A DNA stretch of 64,000 nucleotides from Myxococcales bacterium (GTDB lineage: Bacteria; Myxococcota_A; UBA9042): assembly GCA_947491025.1 (NCBI GenBank), contig CANLIC010000004.1, forward strand, positions 64,199 through 128,198. Direction: 5' to 3'. Position 1 is the first letter of the stretch; every line of letters begins with the position of its first letter. This document shows, in pieces, positions 16,960-28,397 of this stretch. The translations under genes and the position numbers were made by a program. Under the pieces are notes generated by a model that was not told the DNA's origin, ran no database searches, and worked only from the letters and a program-made list of their open reading frames with translations.

Positions 16960-18175
16960 GGGACGACTGGCTTCGAAGCTCGGCGGACGCCACCCGTGGC
17001 TCCTGGCCTGTGCGCTGTTGACCCTGGCCTCGGTTCCGACCGAGGCGCTGCCGGAGGAGCAAGCACCCGGCGCTGCCGCCCAGGCCCTGCCAGCGGAAGG
17101 GACCGCCACCGCACAAGAGCGCGCGGCAGCCGACCAGGCCGCCCCTGCCGAGGACCACGCTCCGGTCGAGAACGGCGCGACGGCGGCCGACGGCGACCCG
17201 AGACAGGCTGCGGCCGCGAGCTACGACGTGCAGGTGGGTGACTTTGACGCCGACGGTACCTTCACGCCGAGACCGGGCCTGGCCGTCGCGATCGTGCCGA
17301 TGCGCCCCAACGCTGAGGGCGAGGTCGAGCTCGGCGAGCCCGTCACCGCGACCACCGATGGCCGCGGCGGCGTCGCCATCCCGCCCGAGCTGCCGCCGGG
17401 TGCTGTGCTGTTGCGCTTCGCCGGCGAGCAGGGTGGGGCAGTGGCCACGCTGGAGGCGCGGCAGGCGCGCATCGGGCGCTACCAGCGACTGCTCAACGAT
17501 GACGATGTCGAGGCCGAAGTGCGCATCCAAGCCGAGGTCGGCGACAGCGGGCTGCGGGTCTGGCAACTCCTGATCCTGCACACGGCGCAACCTGGCGTGC
17601 GGCGTTGGACGAAGCAGGCGCCGCTGCGCCTACCCATCCTCGCGCCGGCGGTCGGCGAGGTCGTGCTCGACCGCGGCCTTTGGCCCGACAACGTCCGTAG
17701 CGCCAAGGTCAGCGTGCAGGGCGAAGGTGAGGCAGCCTTTCGCGGCGGCCAGCTCGAGCTCCACGGCGCCGTCGCCCCAGGCCGGCCCTTGACCGTGCGC
17801 GTCGCTCTGCCGATCGCGGTGCCGCACGCGACGAGCGCGCTCCGCCTCGGCCTGCGCGGCGTTGTGGGCCGGACGCGTCTGACGATGGCCCTGCAGGCCT
17901 CTGAGCCCGCCGCGCCGCGCCTCCAGAGCCTGCGGCCGGCACGGCTCGGCAGCCACCGAGAGGGGCGTCAGCGCCTCGTGGGCGTGGCGCTGTTGCAGCC
18001 GCTACGGCGCGACGAGGTGGCGATTTTCGAGGTCTCGGATCTGCCGTCCCCCGCGACGACGCCGCGCCGCAGCCTCGGTGGGTTTGCTGCGGTAGCGCTG
18101 CTCTTCGGTCTCGCGATGCTCCTGCGGCCACGGCCAGGCGCTGTCGAGGCGCCCACTGGGTCTCGCGGTGGCTGA
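16952..18175 (+). CDS. secreted protein with C-terminal membrane anchor
   Basis: This is the 3' part of ORF 16778..18175. ATG 16952 overlaps the upstream stop (ATGGCTAG). Signal peptide HPWLLACALLTLASVPTEA and a C-terminal TM helix LGGFAAVALLFGLAMLL. No family recognised. Confidence 0.6.
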   Translation: MARGRLASKLGGRHPWLLACALLTLASVPTEALPEEQAPGAAAQALPAEGTATAQERAAADQAAPAEDHAPVENGATAADGDPRQAAAASYDVQVGDFDADGTFTPRPGLAVAIVPMRPNAEGEVELGEPVTATTDGRGGVAIPPELPPGAVLLRFAGEQGGAVATLEARQARIGRYQRLLNDDDVEAEVRIQAEVGDSGLRVWQLLILHTAQPGVRRWTKQAPLRLPILAPAVGEVVLDRGLWPDNVRSAKVSVQGEGEAAFRGGQLELHGAVAPGRPLTVRVALPIAVPHATSALRLGLRGVVGRTRLTMALQASEPAAPRLQSLRPARLGSHREGRQRLVGVALLQPLRRDEVAIFEVSDLPSPATTPRRSLGGFAAVALLFGLAMLLRPRPGAVEAPTGSRGG

Positions 18176-18866
18176 GGCAAGCCCGGCGCAGGGTGCCGCG
18201 CTGCCACTGCTCGAGGCGCGCGGACTGGCGGCGGTGCAGGGCACCAGCTATGTCCTGCTCGACCTCGACCTGCGCGTTTCGGCGGGTGAGCGCGTCGCCA
18301 TCGCCGGCGCCAACGGTACGGGCAAGTCGACCCTGCTCGGCCTGCTCGCTGGCCACCGCGCACCCGATGCGGGTCAGCTGCGCTGGCGTGGGGTCGATGT
18401 GCAGGCCCTGGATCCCCGCCAGCTCCAGCGCCGCGTCGGTTGGCTCGGCCACCAGCCCGGCCTATTGTTGGCGCTCAGCGCTCGCGAGAACCTCATTCTG
18501 TTCGCAGAGCTGGCCGGGTGCGACGCCAGTGCAGCGCGCATCGACGCCGTGCTGGACGCCGTCGGCCTCGACAGCGCCGATCGCCAGCGCCCCGTCGCCA
18601 CGTACTCCCGCGGCATGACCCAGCGTGCGGGCCTTGGCCGCTTGATGGCGGTCGGCGCCGAGCTGTGGCTCCTCGACGAGCCGACCACCGGACTCGACAC
18701 CGACGGCCGGGCCCGCCTCGACAGCGCCCTAGGCTTGCATCAACGGCGCGGCGGAGCGCTGGTCGTCGTCAGCCACGACGAGGCGCAGTGGCTAGCTGCC
18801 GACCGGGTGCTCTGGCTGCAGCAAGGACGCCTACGCAACCAGCCGGCGCCCAAGGCGGCGGCATGA
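18168..18866 (+). CDS. ccmA: heme exporter ATP-binding protein CcmA
   Basis: Walker A GANGTGKSTLL, ABC signature YSRGMTQR, Walker B LWLLDEPTTGLD. The GTG start overlaps the upstream stop (GTGGCTGA). Context with ccmB and ccmC supports the call. Confidence 0.8.
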   Translation: MAEASPAQGAALPLLEARGLAAVQGTSYVLLDLDLRVSAGERVAIAGANGTGKSTLLGLLAGHRAPDAGQLRWRGVDVQALDPRQLQRRVGWLGHQPGLLLALSARENLILFAELAGCDASAARIDAVLDAVGLDSADRQRPVATYSRGMTQRAGLGRLMAVGAELWLLDEPTTGLDTDGRARLDSALGLHQRRGGALVVVSHDEAQWLAADRVLWLQQGRLRNQPAPKAAA

Positions 18867-19582
18867 GTGGGGCGCCGGCGCCGGGCGACACGGATGGCCT
18901 TGCGGCGCGCTGGGGCCTGACGGCGCGCCTCACGAGCGTGCTGCTGCGCCGCGATCTCGTCATCCTGGCCCGCAGCCGCGACACGCTCGGCCTGGTCCTG
19001 ATGTTCGCGGCCCTCTGTGTCCTGCTCTTCGCCTTTGGATTCCTGCGTGAAGGGGCGGCCGCGGCCGAGATCGCGCCTGGGGCGCTCTGGGTGACGCTCC
19101 TCTTCTCGACGACCCTGGCCACGTTGCGCCTCTTTGCCGCCGACGAAGAGGCGGGGGCCTTGCAGCTCTGCCTCCACACCGCCGCCGGGACCTCGCCGCT
19201 CTTTTTCGCCAAAGCGCTGATGCAGGGGTTGTTCGGCGCCCTCATCACGGCTCTGCTGCTGCCGCTGGTCTGGCTCTTCTTTTCGGCCCCGGCCGTGGCG
19301 CTGCCGCAAGTGCTGCTCGCCCTCGGCCTCGGCCTCGTCGGCCAGGCGCTGCTCGGCACCTTGGTCGCCGCGCTGATGGTGCACGTTCGCTTGCGCGAGC
19401 TGCTGCTGCCACTGCTGCTCTACCCGCTGACGACGCCGCTGCTCATCGCAGGCGTCAAGGTCACAGCCATCGCACTTGGCGGCGGCGACCTGTCGCTGAC
19501 GACGCCGTGGCTCGGCCTGATGGTGGTCTTCGACGCCGTCCTTCTGCTACTGTCGCCGTGGCTGTTCGCGCGCGCCACCTGA
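18863..19582 (+). CDS. ccmB: heme exporter membrane protein CcmB
   Basis: This is the 3' part of ORF 18440..19582, starting at ATG 18863 (ATGA overlap with ccmA). Six hydrophobic segments, about 240 aa. Position between ccmA and ccmC supports the call. Confidence 0.8.
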   Translation: MSGAPAPGDTDGLAARWGLTARLTSVLLRRDLVILARSRDTLGLVLMFAALCVLLFAFGFLREGAAAAEIAPGALWVTLLFSTTLATLRLFAADEEAGALQLCLHTAAGTSPLFFAKALMQGLFGALITALLLPLVWLFFSAPAVALPQVLLALGLGLVGQALLGTLVAALMVHVRLRELLLPLLLYPLTTPLLIAGVKVTAIALGGGDLSLTTPWLGLMVVFDAVLLLLSPWLFARAT

Positions 19583-19646
19583 TGGCAGCCGATGACGCCC
19601 TGGCCCGATCCTTCGCCCGCCGCCGGGCGCGCCGAACCCGCCGCCC

Positions 19647-20393
19647 ATGACCCTGCCCAACCCGTCGAGCCCCGCTCCCGCCGCCGCGCCAGTTGGCTTG
19701 TGGCTGGCGATCGTGCTCGCCATTGGCCTCGTCGAGGCGGCGCTGGCCCACATCGCCTTCGCCACGCCACCAGATGTGGCGCTCGGCGTCGTCCAGAAAA
19801 TCTTCTACTTCCACGTGGCTTCGGCCTTCGCGATGCTCCTCTTCTTGGTGCTCGGCGCCAGCCTCTCGGCACTCGACCTCGTGGCGGCCTCCGATCGCGC
19901 CGACGCCGGGGCGCGGGCGGCCCTGGAGGTCGGCGCGCTGTTCGGGGCCATCCTGCTGGTGACCGGGCCGCTATGGGCGCGCAAGTCCTGGGGCGCGTGG
20001 TGGACCTTTGAGCCGCGCCTGACGCTCTCGTTGCTGGTCGAGCTGCTGGCGCTGGCCGTCCTGATGCTGCGCGGCCTCTCCGCCGACGCCCAGCTCGGCC
20101 GACGCGCCGGTGCGGCGATGGCGGTCATGGCGGCGCCGATCAGCGTGCTCATCCACCTCGCCGTCAAGCTCTGGGGCGGCAACCACCCGAGCGTGCTGCA
20201 GGGCGGCGGTGTGCAGAGCCCAGCCATGCGGATCTCGTTCTGGTTGGCCGTCGCTGGCGTCCTGACCTTGGCCAGCGCGCTGCTGGCGCTGCGCTACCGG
20301 CAGCTCCGGCTCGATCAGCGCCACCGTGAACTTGAGCTCGCCCTCGCTGCCTTTCAGCTGCGGCGCGGCCGACACGCAGAGGAATCGCCATGA
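19647..20393 (+). CDS. ccmC: heme exporter protein CcmC
   Basis: Trp-rich WWD-type motif (WARKSWGAWWTFEPRLT). Conserved His contexts FYFHVASAF and WGGNHPSV. Polytopic, 248 aa. Confidence 0.85.
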   Translation: MTLPNPSSPAPAAAPVGLWLAIVLAIGLVEAALAHIAFATPPDVALGVVQKIFYFHVASAFAMLLFLVLGASLSALDLVAASDRADAGARAALEVGALFGAILLVTGPLWARKSWGAWWTFEPRLTLSLLVELLALAVLMLRGLSADAQLGRRAGAAMAVMAAPISVLIHLAVKLWGGNHPSVLQGGGVQSPAMRISFWLAVAGVLTLASALLALRYRQLRLDQRHRELELALAAFQLRRGRHAEESP

Positions 20394-20704
20394 GCAACGC
20401 CGCCACCGAGCCCCCTGTCGCCGGCGCAGCCGGGACCGTCGCCAGCGCCGGCCCGCGGGACCTCTCGGCCTACAAAGAGGAGCAGATCGCCGGTGGCGAC
20501 CTGGCGGCGGCGGCCTACCTGCTGCTGTGGGCCATCATCGGCGCCTACCTGTGGCGGACGGCGCGTCGGCAGGCAGCGGCGGAGGCGGCCTTGCAGGCCC
20601 TGGAGCAGCGCCTCGACGCCGAGCTCGCCCGTGCGGCAGGCCGGACCGGGCAGGGCGATCTCGCAGGGCAGGGCGACGGCGCCGGCTGGGAGCGCGCGCC
20701 ATGA
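20390..20704 (+). CDS. ccmD: CcmD-like small membrane protein
   Basis: ATGA overlap with ccmC. A single TM helix (AAAAYLLLWAIIGAYLW) is followed by RTARRQAAAEAAL, as in CcmD. The N- and C-terminal extensions are longer than in the E. coli protein. Confidence 0.55.
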   Translation: MSNAATEPPVAGAAGTVASAGPRDLSAYKEEQIAGGDLAAAAYLLLWAIIGAYLWRTARRQAAAEAALQALEQRLDAELARAAGRTGQGDLAGQGDGAGWERAP

Positions 20705-20892
20705 CCACCTCGCACGTCTTCTTCATCCCCGCCGTGATGCTGGTCGGGGTGCTCATCGGCTACGTCGTCGGTCGCAAGCTGTTGCTGCAAGAGCAGCAAG
20801 AAGCCCGCGCCGCCACGCTGCGACGTCAGCTCCGACAGCAGGCCGCGTCGGCGCCCGCCCAAGCGCCGCAAGCGCCGGCCGATTCGCCCTAA
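20701..20892 (+). CDS. 63-aa single-pass membrane protein
   Basis: ATGA overlap with the preceding gene. TM helix VFFIPAVMLVGVLIGYVVG, then a Gln/Ala-rich tail. This is the last gene of the coupled kinase-ccm string. Confidence 0.45.
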   Translation: MTTSHVFFIPAVMLVGVLIGYVVGRKLLLQEQQEARAATLRRQLRQQAASAPAQAPQAPADSP

Positions 20893-21053
20893 GCGTGTCC
20901 AGACCCTTGCGATTGGCGCTGTCTTCACGCGCCCGCAATCGCCGCAGAGGTCACGCGCGAGCCTGGAGTTGCCCTGCGGTTGGCCGTCCTGCGCGCTTTG
21001 CCCCGCTCGAAGCGCTGGCACATGGCCAAGGTCCGGCGCCGCGGGATCTCGAT

Positions 21054-21428
21054 CTACTCGGGCGCGCGCTTGTTGCGGGCTGGCGACACTCCACCGCGTG
21101 CGCCACCGGTACCGGACATATCGCTCATCGTCACCATCGAGCGCCTGGGCGTCGGCGAGAACGGCTTGAGTGTCACGGCGACGTTGGCCTTTTGCGACTT
21201 GACCGGGGCCTTGCCCTCGACGCGGGTTGGCGCCGCGATCACGGAGATCGAGCGCACGCGCGGCAAGGTACCCATCGCGGCCAGCGCGTCGTCGGCGCTC
21301 TCGTCGTCGAGCGCGATCGTGCGGGGCACGGCGCCCTCGGCCCCGCCAGCGCGGCCCGACATCGCGCCGCCGCTCTCACCCTCGGTCGCGTCGCCGCGCT
21401 TGGCCTCTTCGACGTCTCTGGCTGCCAT
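21054..21428 (-). CDS. hypothetical 124-aa protein
   Basis: This is the internal part of ORF 21054..21692. ATG 21428 lies after GAGGGG. High third-position GC. It sits 29 bp downstream of the cNMP-binding gene on the same strand. Confidence 0.5.
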   Translation of the reverse strand: MAARDVEEAKRGDATEGESGGAMSGRAGGAEGAVPRTIALDDESADDALAAMGTLPRVRSISVIAAPTRVEGKAPVKSQKANVAVTLKPFSPTPRRSMVTMSDMSGTGGARGGVSPARNKRAPE

Positions 21429-21457
21429 GTTCGCCCCTCGGTTGCCGCCACCGCGGC

Positions 21458-23855
<2,398 letters not shown>

Positions 23856-23995
23856 GCCAAGCCGCCGGCCCCGGCCGGGCCCGGGAGCTCGCAGGACCCG
23901 ACTGCGGCGCCGCTGGGCTGTGGGCTGGCAGCGCCGACCTTGGCCGCGGCGGCCGAATCGCCCTCGCCGCGTCTCTCGCCATCTGCCTGGCCCTC

Positions 23996-25114
23996 TTGGC
24001 CACCAACCCCTGGCCCTACGGCGATCTCGATGGCCGCCTGGGCGACGCGGCGCGGCACGTCACCATGGCGCGCCTCCTCCCTCGGCATGGCGTGGCGATC
24101 TGGACCACGCCGATGGCCACCCTGCTGGCCGAGACGCCGCTGAACGACGCGCCAGCGCCGCTGCCGCACCTCAGCTACGTCTATCCGCCCGGGGCGCTCA
24201 GCTTCGTCCTCGTGCCGGCCATCCTCGCCGAAGTGGGCTTGCCGGCGCCTTCCTGCACCGCGCTCGCCATCGCCACGTTGGTCCTGTGCGCGCACCTGGC
24301 CCTGGCTTCGGCGCTGCGTTTGGCCCGGCGCCTCGGCCCAGTCGCCCTGGGTCTCTGGCTGCCGCTCTGCTGGCTGGAGACCTGCCACTGGGCGCTGGCC
24401 GGCCAGATGGACGTGCTCTGGCTCTGGCTCGGCCTGCGCGCAGTCGAGGCGGCCGTCGGGCACAAGCCTTGGAGCGCGCTTTGGTTTCTGGCGCTGGCGG
24501 CGAGCAGCCATCTGCGGGCGGCCCTGCTGCTGCCGCTCGGACTGCACCAGCTCGCCGTAGTGGTGCGGTCGGGGGATCTCCGCCTCGCCAGGCGCCGCGG
24601 CGCCCTCGTCGGTCTCGGGGTATTGGTGGCCATTGCGCTGATCGCGCTCTGCGTCATCGCGCTCCACGGTACGCCGCTGCCCAACAACAACCGCGCCGCC
24701 TTGGTCCGCGCCGGCGTCACCAGCTGGACCGCGCAGCTCGCCGCCTTCACCGGTGTCGCGGCGCTCGCCTCGCTTGCCGCGCGACGGACCCTCTCTGCAC
24801 TCACCCTAGCGCTGGCGCTCGTGCTGGCCCTGCTGACACCGCAGGCGCAGCCCTGGCACGTCCTGGCGTGGGCGCCGCTGCCGGTCCTGGGCCTCGTGCC
24901 GTCCGCATCGCGCGGGTCCACCGGCGCTGGCATGGGCGGCGAATCCGAAGACCACGCCGGTGTTGCCGCAGGCGATTCGAAGAGCGCGCTGGGCTCAGCC
25001 CGCTGGGCCGCCGTCGCTGCGATCGCATGGATCTTCGGCTGTTACGGCCCTATCTATCGAAGCTGGCCGGGCGCTGATTGGCTGGTCTCAGCGTTGTCAC
25101 GCTGGGCGAATTGA
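23996..25114 (+). CDS. polytopic membrane protein (GT-C/DUF2029-like architecture); true start probably upstream
   Basis: 372-aa ORF with many TM helices. The same frame is open upstream back into the thiC 3' end (checked to about 23849). There it encodes the first half of a TM helix (GRIALAASLAICLALL|ATNPW), but no ATG, GTG or TTG is present, only CTG at 23918 and 23852. Confidence 0.6.
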   Translation: MATNPWPYGDLDGRLGDAARHVTMARLLPRHGVAIWTTPMATLLAETPLNDAPAPLPHLSYVYPPGALSFVLVPAILAEVGLPAPSCTALAIATLVLCAHLALASALRLARRLGPVALGLWLPLCWLETCHWALAGQMDVLWLWLGLRAVEAAVGHKPWSALWFLALAASSHLRAALLLPLGLHQLAVVVRSGDLRLARRRGALVGLGVLVAIALIALCVIALHGTPLPNNNRAALVRAGVTSWTAQLAAFTGVAALASLAARRTLSALTLALALVLALLTPQAQPWHVLAWAPLPVLGLVPSASRGSTGAGMGGESEDHAGVAAGDSKSALGSARWAAVAAIAWIFGCYGPIYRSWPGADWLVSALSRWAN

Positions 25115-25133
25115 GCGCGCTCTCCGACGCCAG

Positions 25134-26165
25134 CTAGGGCTGGGCGGCCCGCAGCGCCGCGCAGCCGCCGACCGGGACGCTGCCGCCGACGCGGACCACA
25201 AAGCCGGGGGCGATGATGTCCTTGCCGGCGCGCACCCGCGCGTGGATGAGGAAGGTGACGTTGGCGTCAAACTCAAGCGTGGGCGCAGCGCCCGCGGCGC
25301 CGGGGCGCGACAGGAGCACGCGGTCCTGCGCTTCCATCGGCATCGCCAGCCATTGCACCGCGTCGGGGGCAACCTCGAGCGCTTTGGCGCCGCGCCAGAG
25401 CCGCAGCCGGGGCGTCAGCTCCTTGCACGCGACGATCTCGCCTTGGGCGACCAGCTCGGCGCGCAGACCGCCGACGGTCGCTGAGAGGCTCGCGCCAGGC
25501 GGATCCGCGGCCGCCCAGTCGCCCATCACCCGCAGCGAAGCCTGGTCATAGCGCGCCTTGCCTTGGGTGCGGCGGCTGATGAACCACACCGAGTGCGGCC
25601 CGGTCTTGGGGAAGGTCAGGTCAAAGACCGCGGCGCCAGCCAGCGGCTGTGTCGGGGCGAGGGCGGTGCTCCACGCGAAGTCCCGGCGATACGCGAACCC
25701 GAGCACGTGCTGGACGCCGGGCGTGAGCGGGTCGAGGTCGTCCATCGCGGCGATCGGCCGACCGCTGCCATCGACCGGCGTGACCTTGAGCCGTGCCGGT
25801 TTTCCGGGCTCGGGCAGGCCGAAGGCGTCGCTGCCGGGCCGCCCGACGTGCAGGGAGATGGAGTCCGTCGCCTCGCCCGCCGCTGCCTGTCCCTCGGTGA
25901 CCGCCTGCGCCAGCGTCGCTGCGGCAGGCAGGGCGGCCGCAGCAGCTTCCGCTGCCGCTGGGCCCGCCGCCATTGCTGCAGCCGCGGGCTCGGCGCCTGG
26001 GGCCGCTGCCGGGGACTCGGCGCCTGGGGCAGGGTTGGCGGCAGGGGCGCCCGCAGGCGACTTCTCCTTGCCGCCGCAGGCCGGCACCGTCAGCCAAAGG
26101 ACCACCAAGGCGATCCCGTTGCCACGCCGCCGACCCGTCTCACGCCACCCCGAGCTTCGCATCAT
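25134..26165 (-). CDS. hypothetical lipoprotein
   Basis: 343-aa ORF. Signal peptide plus LTVPACGG, an Ala/Pro-rich linker, then a beta-rich domain. No family recognised. Confidence 0.6.
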   Translation of the reverse strand: MMRSSGWRETGRRRGNGIALVVLWLTVPACGGKEKSPAGAPAANPAPGAESPAAAPGAEPAAAAMAAGPAAAEAAAAALPAAATLAQAVTEGQAAAGEATDSISLHVGRPGSDAFGLPEPGKPARLKVTPVDGSGRPIAAMDDLDPLTPGVQHVLGFAYRRDFAWSTALAPTQPLAGAAVFDLTFPKTGPHSVWFISRRTQGKARYDQASLRVMGDWAAADPPGASLSATVGGLRAELVAQGEIVACKELTPRLRLWRGAKALEVAPDAVQWLAMPMEAQDRVLLSRPGAAGAAPTLEFDANVTFLIHARVRAGKDIIAPGFVVRVGGSVPVGGCAALRAAQP

Positions 26166-26355
26166 CCTGCCTCCTTCCCGGGTCGCCGCGGTGGCGTCCA
26201 GGGCGTTGATTCTGGACAGTGTCCTGCGGCCGATGCAAGCTCACAGGCCGCGCTGCGTAGCTCGCCACCGCGTGGAAAGCGCAAGCGCAGACCGCAAGAC
26301 CCACCCCGAATCGCGTTGCCGGCCCTGCGAGGCGCGGCCGGCGCTGGAGTCGACG

Positions 26356-27441
26356 ATGACGCATCTCCTGGCCATCTGGCGGCCCCTGGCGACGAAACAA
26401 GAACTGCCCCGCGCCTTGTTCATCAGCGCAATCGCGGCCCTGTTGTCAGCCTGCGTCGGCGGGACCGCCAGCGGCGGCGGCGGCGGCGTGGCCTCCGACG
26501 GCAGCGCGGCGCAAGACACGACGGGCGATGGCGGTGGCGGCGGCGGCGGCGGCGGTGGCAAGGGCGACGCCACCAAGAATACCGCCAGCGTCCAGGCCAA
26601 AGATCCCGATGGTGCCGCCACCAAGGTCGAGGCAGCCGAGCCCGCCGATCCCAACAAGACCAAGGTCTTTGGCGCCGCCAACGCCGACAAGATCCTCCAA
26701 CTCTACATCGCGGACGCGGCCGGTGTCACGATCGTCGCCACCATCGACACAGCGGTCCACGCGCTGCCGAAGAAGGGCATCCCGGTCACGGAACAAGGCG
26801 GCGCCGCCTGGGTCGTCTACACCAACCAAGGCGCCGTCCTCATCACCAAGGCCAAGGGAACCATCGACATCGACGGCTGCCCGACCAAGTCCGGCGAAGT
26901 CGTGCACGGCGCCTTCAAGGGGGTCGAAGTCGTCAATCCGGTGGCCGGCCTTCCACCCGCGACGTTGACCCTCGATGGTCCCTTTAACCTCGTCTACCAG
27001 GGCGGCTCTGGCGCGATCGCCTGCACCCCCCCGACCACCGGAGGCGGCGGCGGAACCACCGATCTCGGCAGCTTCGGCAAGCCCAAGGGCGCAACTTGCG
27101 ACGCCAACCCTTGCGATGGCGGCTCCAACAAGACCCGCAACTGCTGCCCCTACGTTCCGTGCATGGAGCCCTGCTTCAGCAAGTGCGCGTTCGACGTCCA
27201 AGTCTGCGCGGCGGCCTGTGGCGGCGATTTCAGTTGCTTCACCGGTTGCCAGGCCAAGATCGTCACCTGCGTCAACGGTTGTCTCACCAGCTGCAACGTC
27301 TCGCAGCCCTGCAAGACCGCGATCGCCGCCCTCCAATCTTGCGAAGAGCAGCAGGCCGAGACCTGCGACACTGGCAGCGAAGAAGGCGACGACGCCTGCT
27401 CGTTCGACGCCTGCTGTGGGCAGTGGAAGTCGGCGTTCTAG
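26356..27441 (+). CDS. lipoprotein with poly-Gly linker and extremely Cys-rich C-terminal domain
   Basis: This is the 3' part of ORF 25558..27441, starting at ATG 26356. Canonical lipobox LLSAC and a G10 run. The last 114 residues contain 20 Cys. Confidence 0.7.
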   Translation: MTHLLAIWRPLATKQELPRALFISAIAALLSACVGGTASGGGGGVASDGSAAQDTTGDGGGGGGGGGGKGDATKNTASVQAKDPDGAATKVEAAEPADPNKTKVFGAANADKILQLYIADAAGVTIVATIDTAVHALPKKGIPVTEQGGAAWVVYTNQGAVLITKAKGTIDIDGCPTKSGEVVHGAFKGVEVVNPVAGLPPATLTLDGPFNLVYQGGSGAIACTPPTTGGGGGTTDLGSFGKPKGATCDANPCDGGSNKTRNCCPYVPCMEPCFSKCAFDVQVCAAACGGDFSCFTGCQAKIVTCVNGCLTSCNVSQPCKTAIAALQSCEEQQAETCDTGSEEGDDACSFDACCGQWKSAF

Positions 27442-28397
27442 AACCGAGCGCTGACCGCGAAGCCCGCGCCGTCGCGCGCCAGCACCGGCAGGACCGCGAC
27501 GTCCGCACCCGCGCGCGGCGCCCGCAGCCATAGCCAAGCGCCGACGCCAGCGCCGATGGCGCCCGCACCGACCAATGACCAGCCAACGGCGCGATTGGTG
27601 ACGAGCGTCTGCCGGTCGCGCTCCAGCTTGGCGCTGCCGCCAGGGTATGCGTAGTGGCCACCCTGCTCGCCGTCGTCGACCTTCGCGGCAGCACCGGCCG
27701 TCTGCAGGTGCCAGGCGATGCCGGTCGCAAGCAGGCCCACTCCAGCGCCGGCGACCGCCACCGGCAGCGCGCGGCTCGGCGCCGGCGCGGACGTCGAGAG
27801 ATCCGGGGCCGGGACGGCCTCTCTGGTCGCTGGCGTCGCGCCCGCATCCGCTGCGCCGGGTGCGCCACCTTGGGGCGGCGATCTTGGCGAAGCGACTGAG
27901 CCTGCCGATGCCCGCCCTGCGGCGACCTGCCCCCCGCCTGACTGCCTCAGGGCCGCGATGCGCTCCTCGGCGTCCTTGCGCAGCGCTGGGTCGGTCTCGA
28001 GGGCGAGAAAACGCTCGAAGCAGTGCAACGCCCGCGCTGCGTTCCCGGCCTCCTGCCAGGCCCGGCCAGCGTTGCGCAGGCGCAGGCGCACGCTGGGGTC
28101 CAGCGCGTAGGCTTGCTCGATGCGCTCGGCCGCCTCGGCGTAGCGTTGGGCCTTGAAGAGCTTGGCGGCCTCATCGGACATTTCGCGCGCCCGTTGCCGC
28201 AGCGCCGCACTCTCGGCCATCGCCGCCGCTGGCCACGCTAGCGTCGCCGCCCCACAAAGCGCCGCGCCGAGCGCCATCGCCACGGCGGCGAGTCGTTGCG
28301 GCCGATTGCCGCGCTCACGCGCTCGACTCCCAGCGGCAGCGCCGGGCGAAGATGCGCGGTCTTGCCTGCAAACGAAACGCGCACCGGCTGCTACCAC
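27438..28397 (-). CDS. TPR-like protein with hydrophobic C-terminal region ending in Phe
   Basis: GTG 28397 overlaps the kinase stop (GTGGTAG); ATG 28277 is the alternative start. Signal-like ALGAALCGAATLAWPAAAMA. TPR-like helices (AKLFKAQRYAEAAERIEQAYALDP.., AGNAARALHCFERFLAL). The C-terminus reads ..VAVLPVLARDGAGFAVSARF. Confidence 0.7.
   Translation of the reverse strand: MVAAGARFVCRQDRASSPGAAAGSRARERGNRPQRLAAVAMALGAALCGAATLAWPAAAMAESAALRQRAREMSDEAAKLFKAQRYAEAAERIEQAYALDPSVRLRLRNAGRAWQEAGNAARALHCFERFLALETDPALRKDAEERIAALRQSGGGQVAAGRASAGSVASPRSPPQGGAPGAADAGATPATREAVPAPDLSTSAPAPSRALPVAVAGAGVGLLATGIAWHLQTAGAAAKVDDGEQGGHYAYPGGSAKLERDRQTLVTNRAVGWSLVGAGAIGAGVGAWLWLRAPRAGADVAVLPVLARDGAGFAVSARF

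Noticed and set aside
26470-26560. The GGC-rich repeats here, and the 18-bp repeats at 42088..42267, as possible CRISPR or other non-coding arrays.
   Set aside because: Both lie in frame within lipoprotein genes, encoding poly-Gly and AGEDTA linkers. There is no repeat-spacer organisation.
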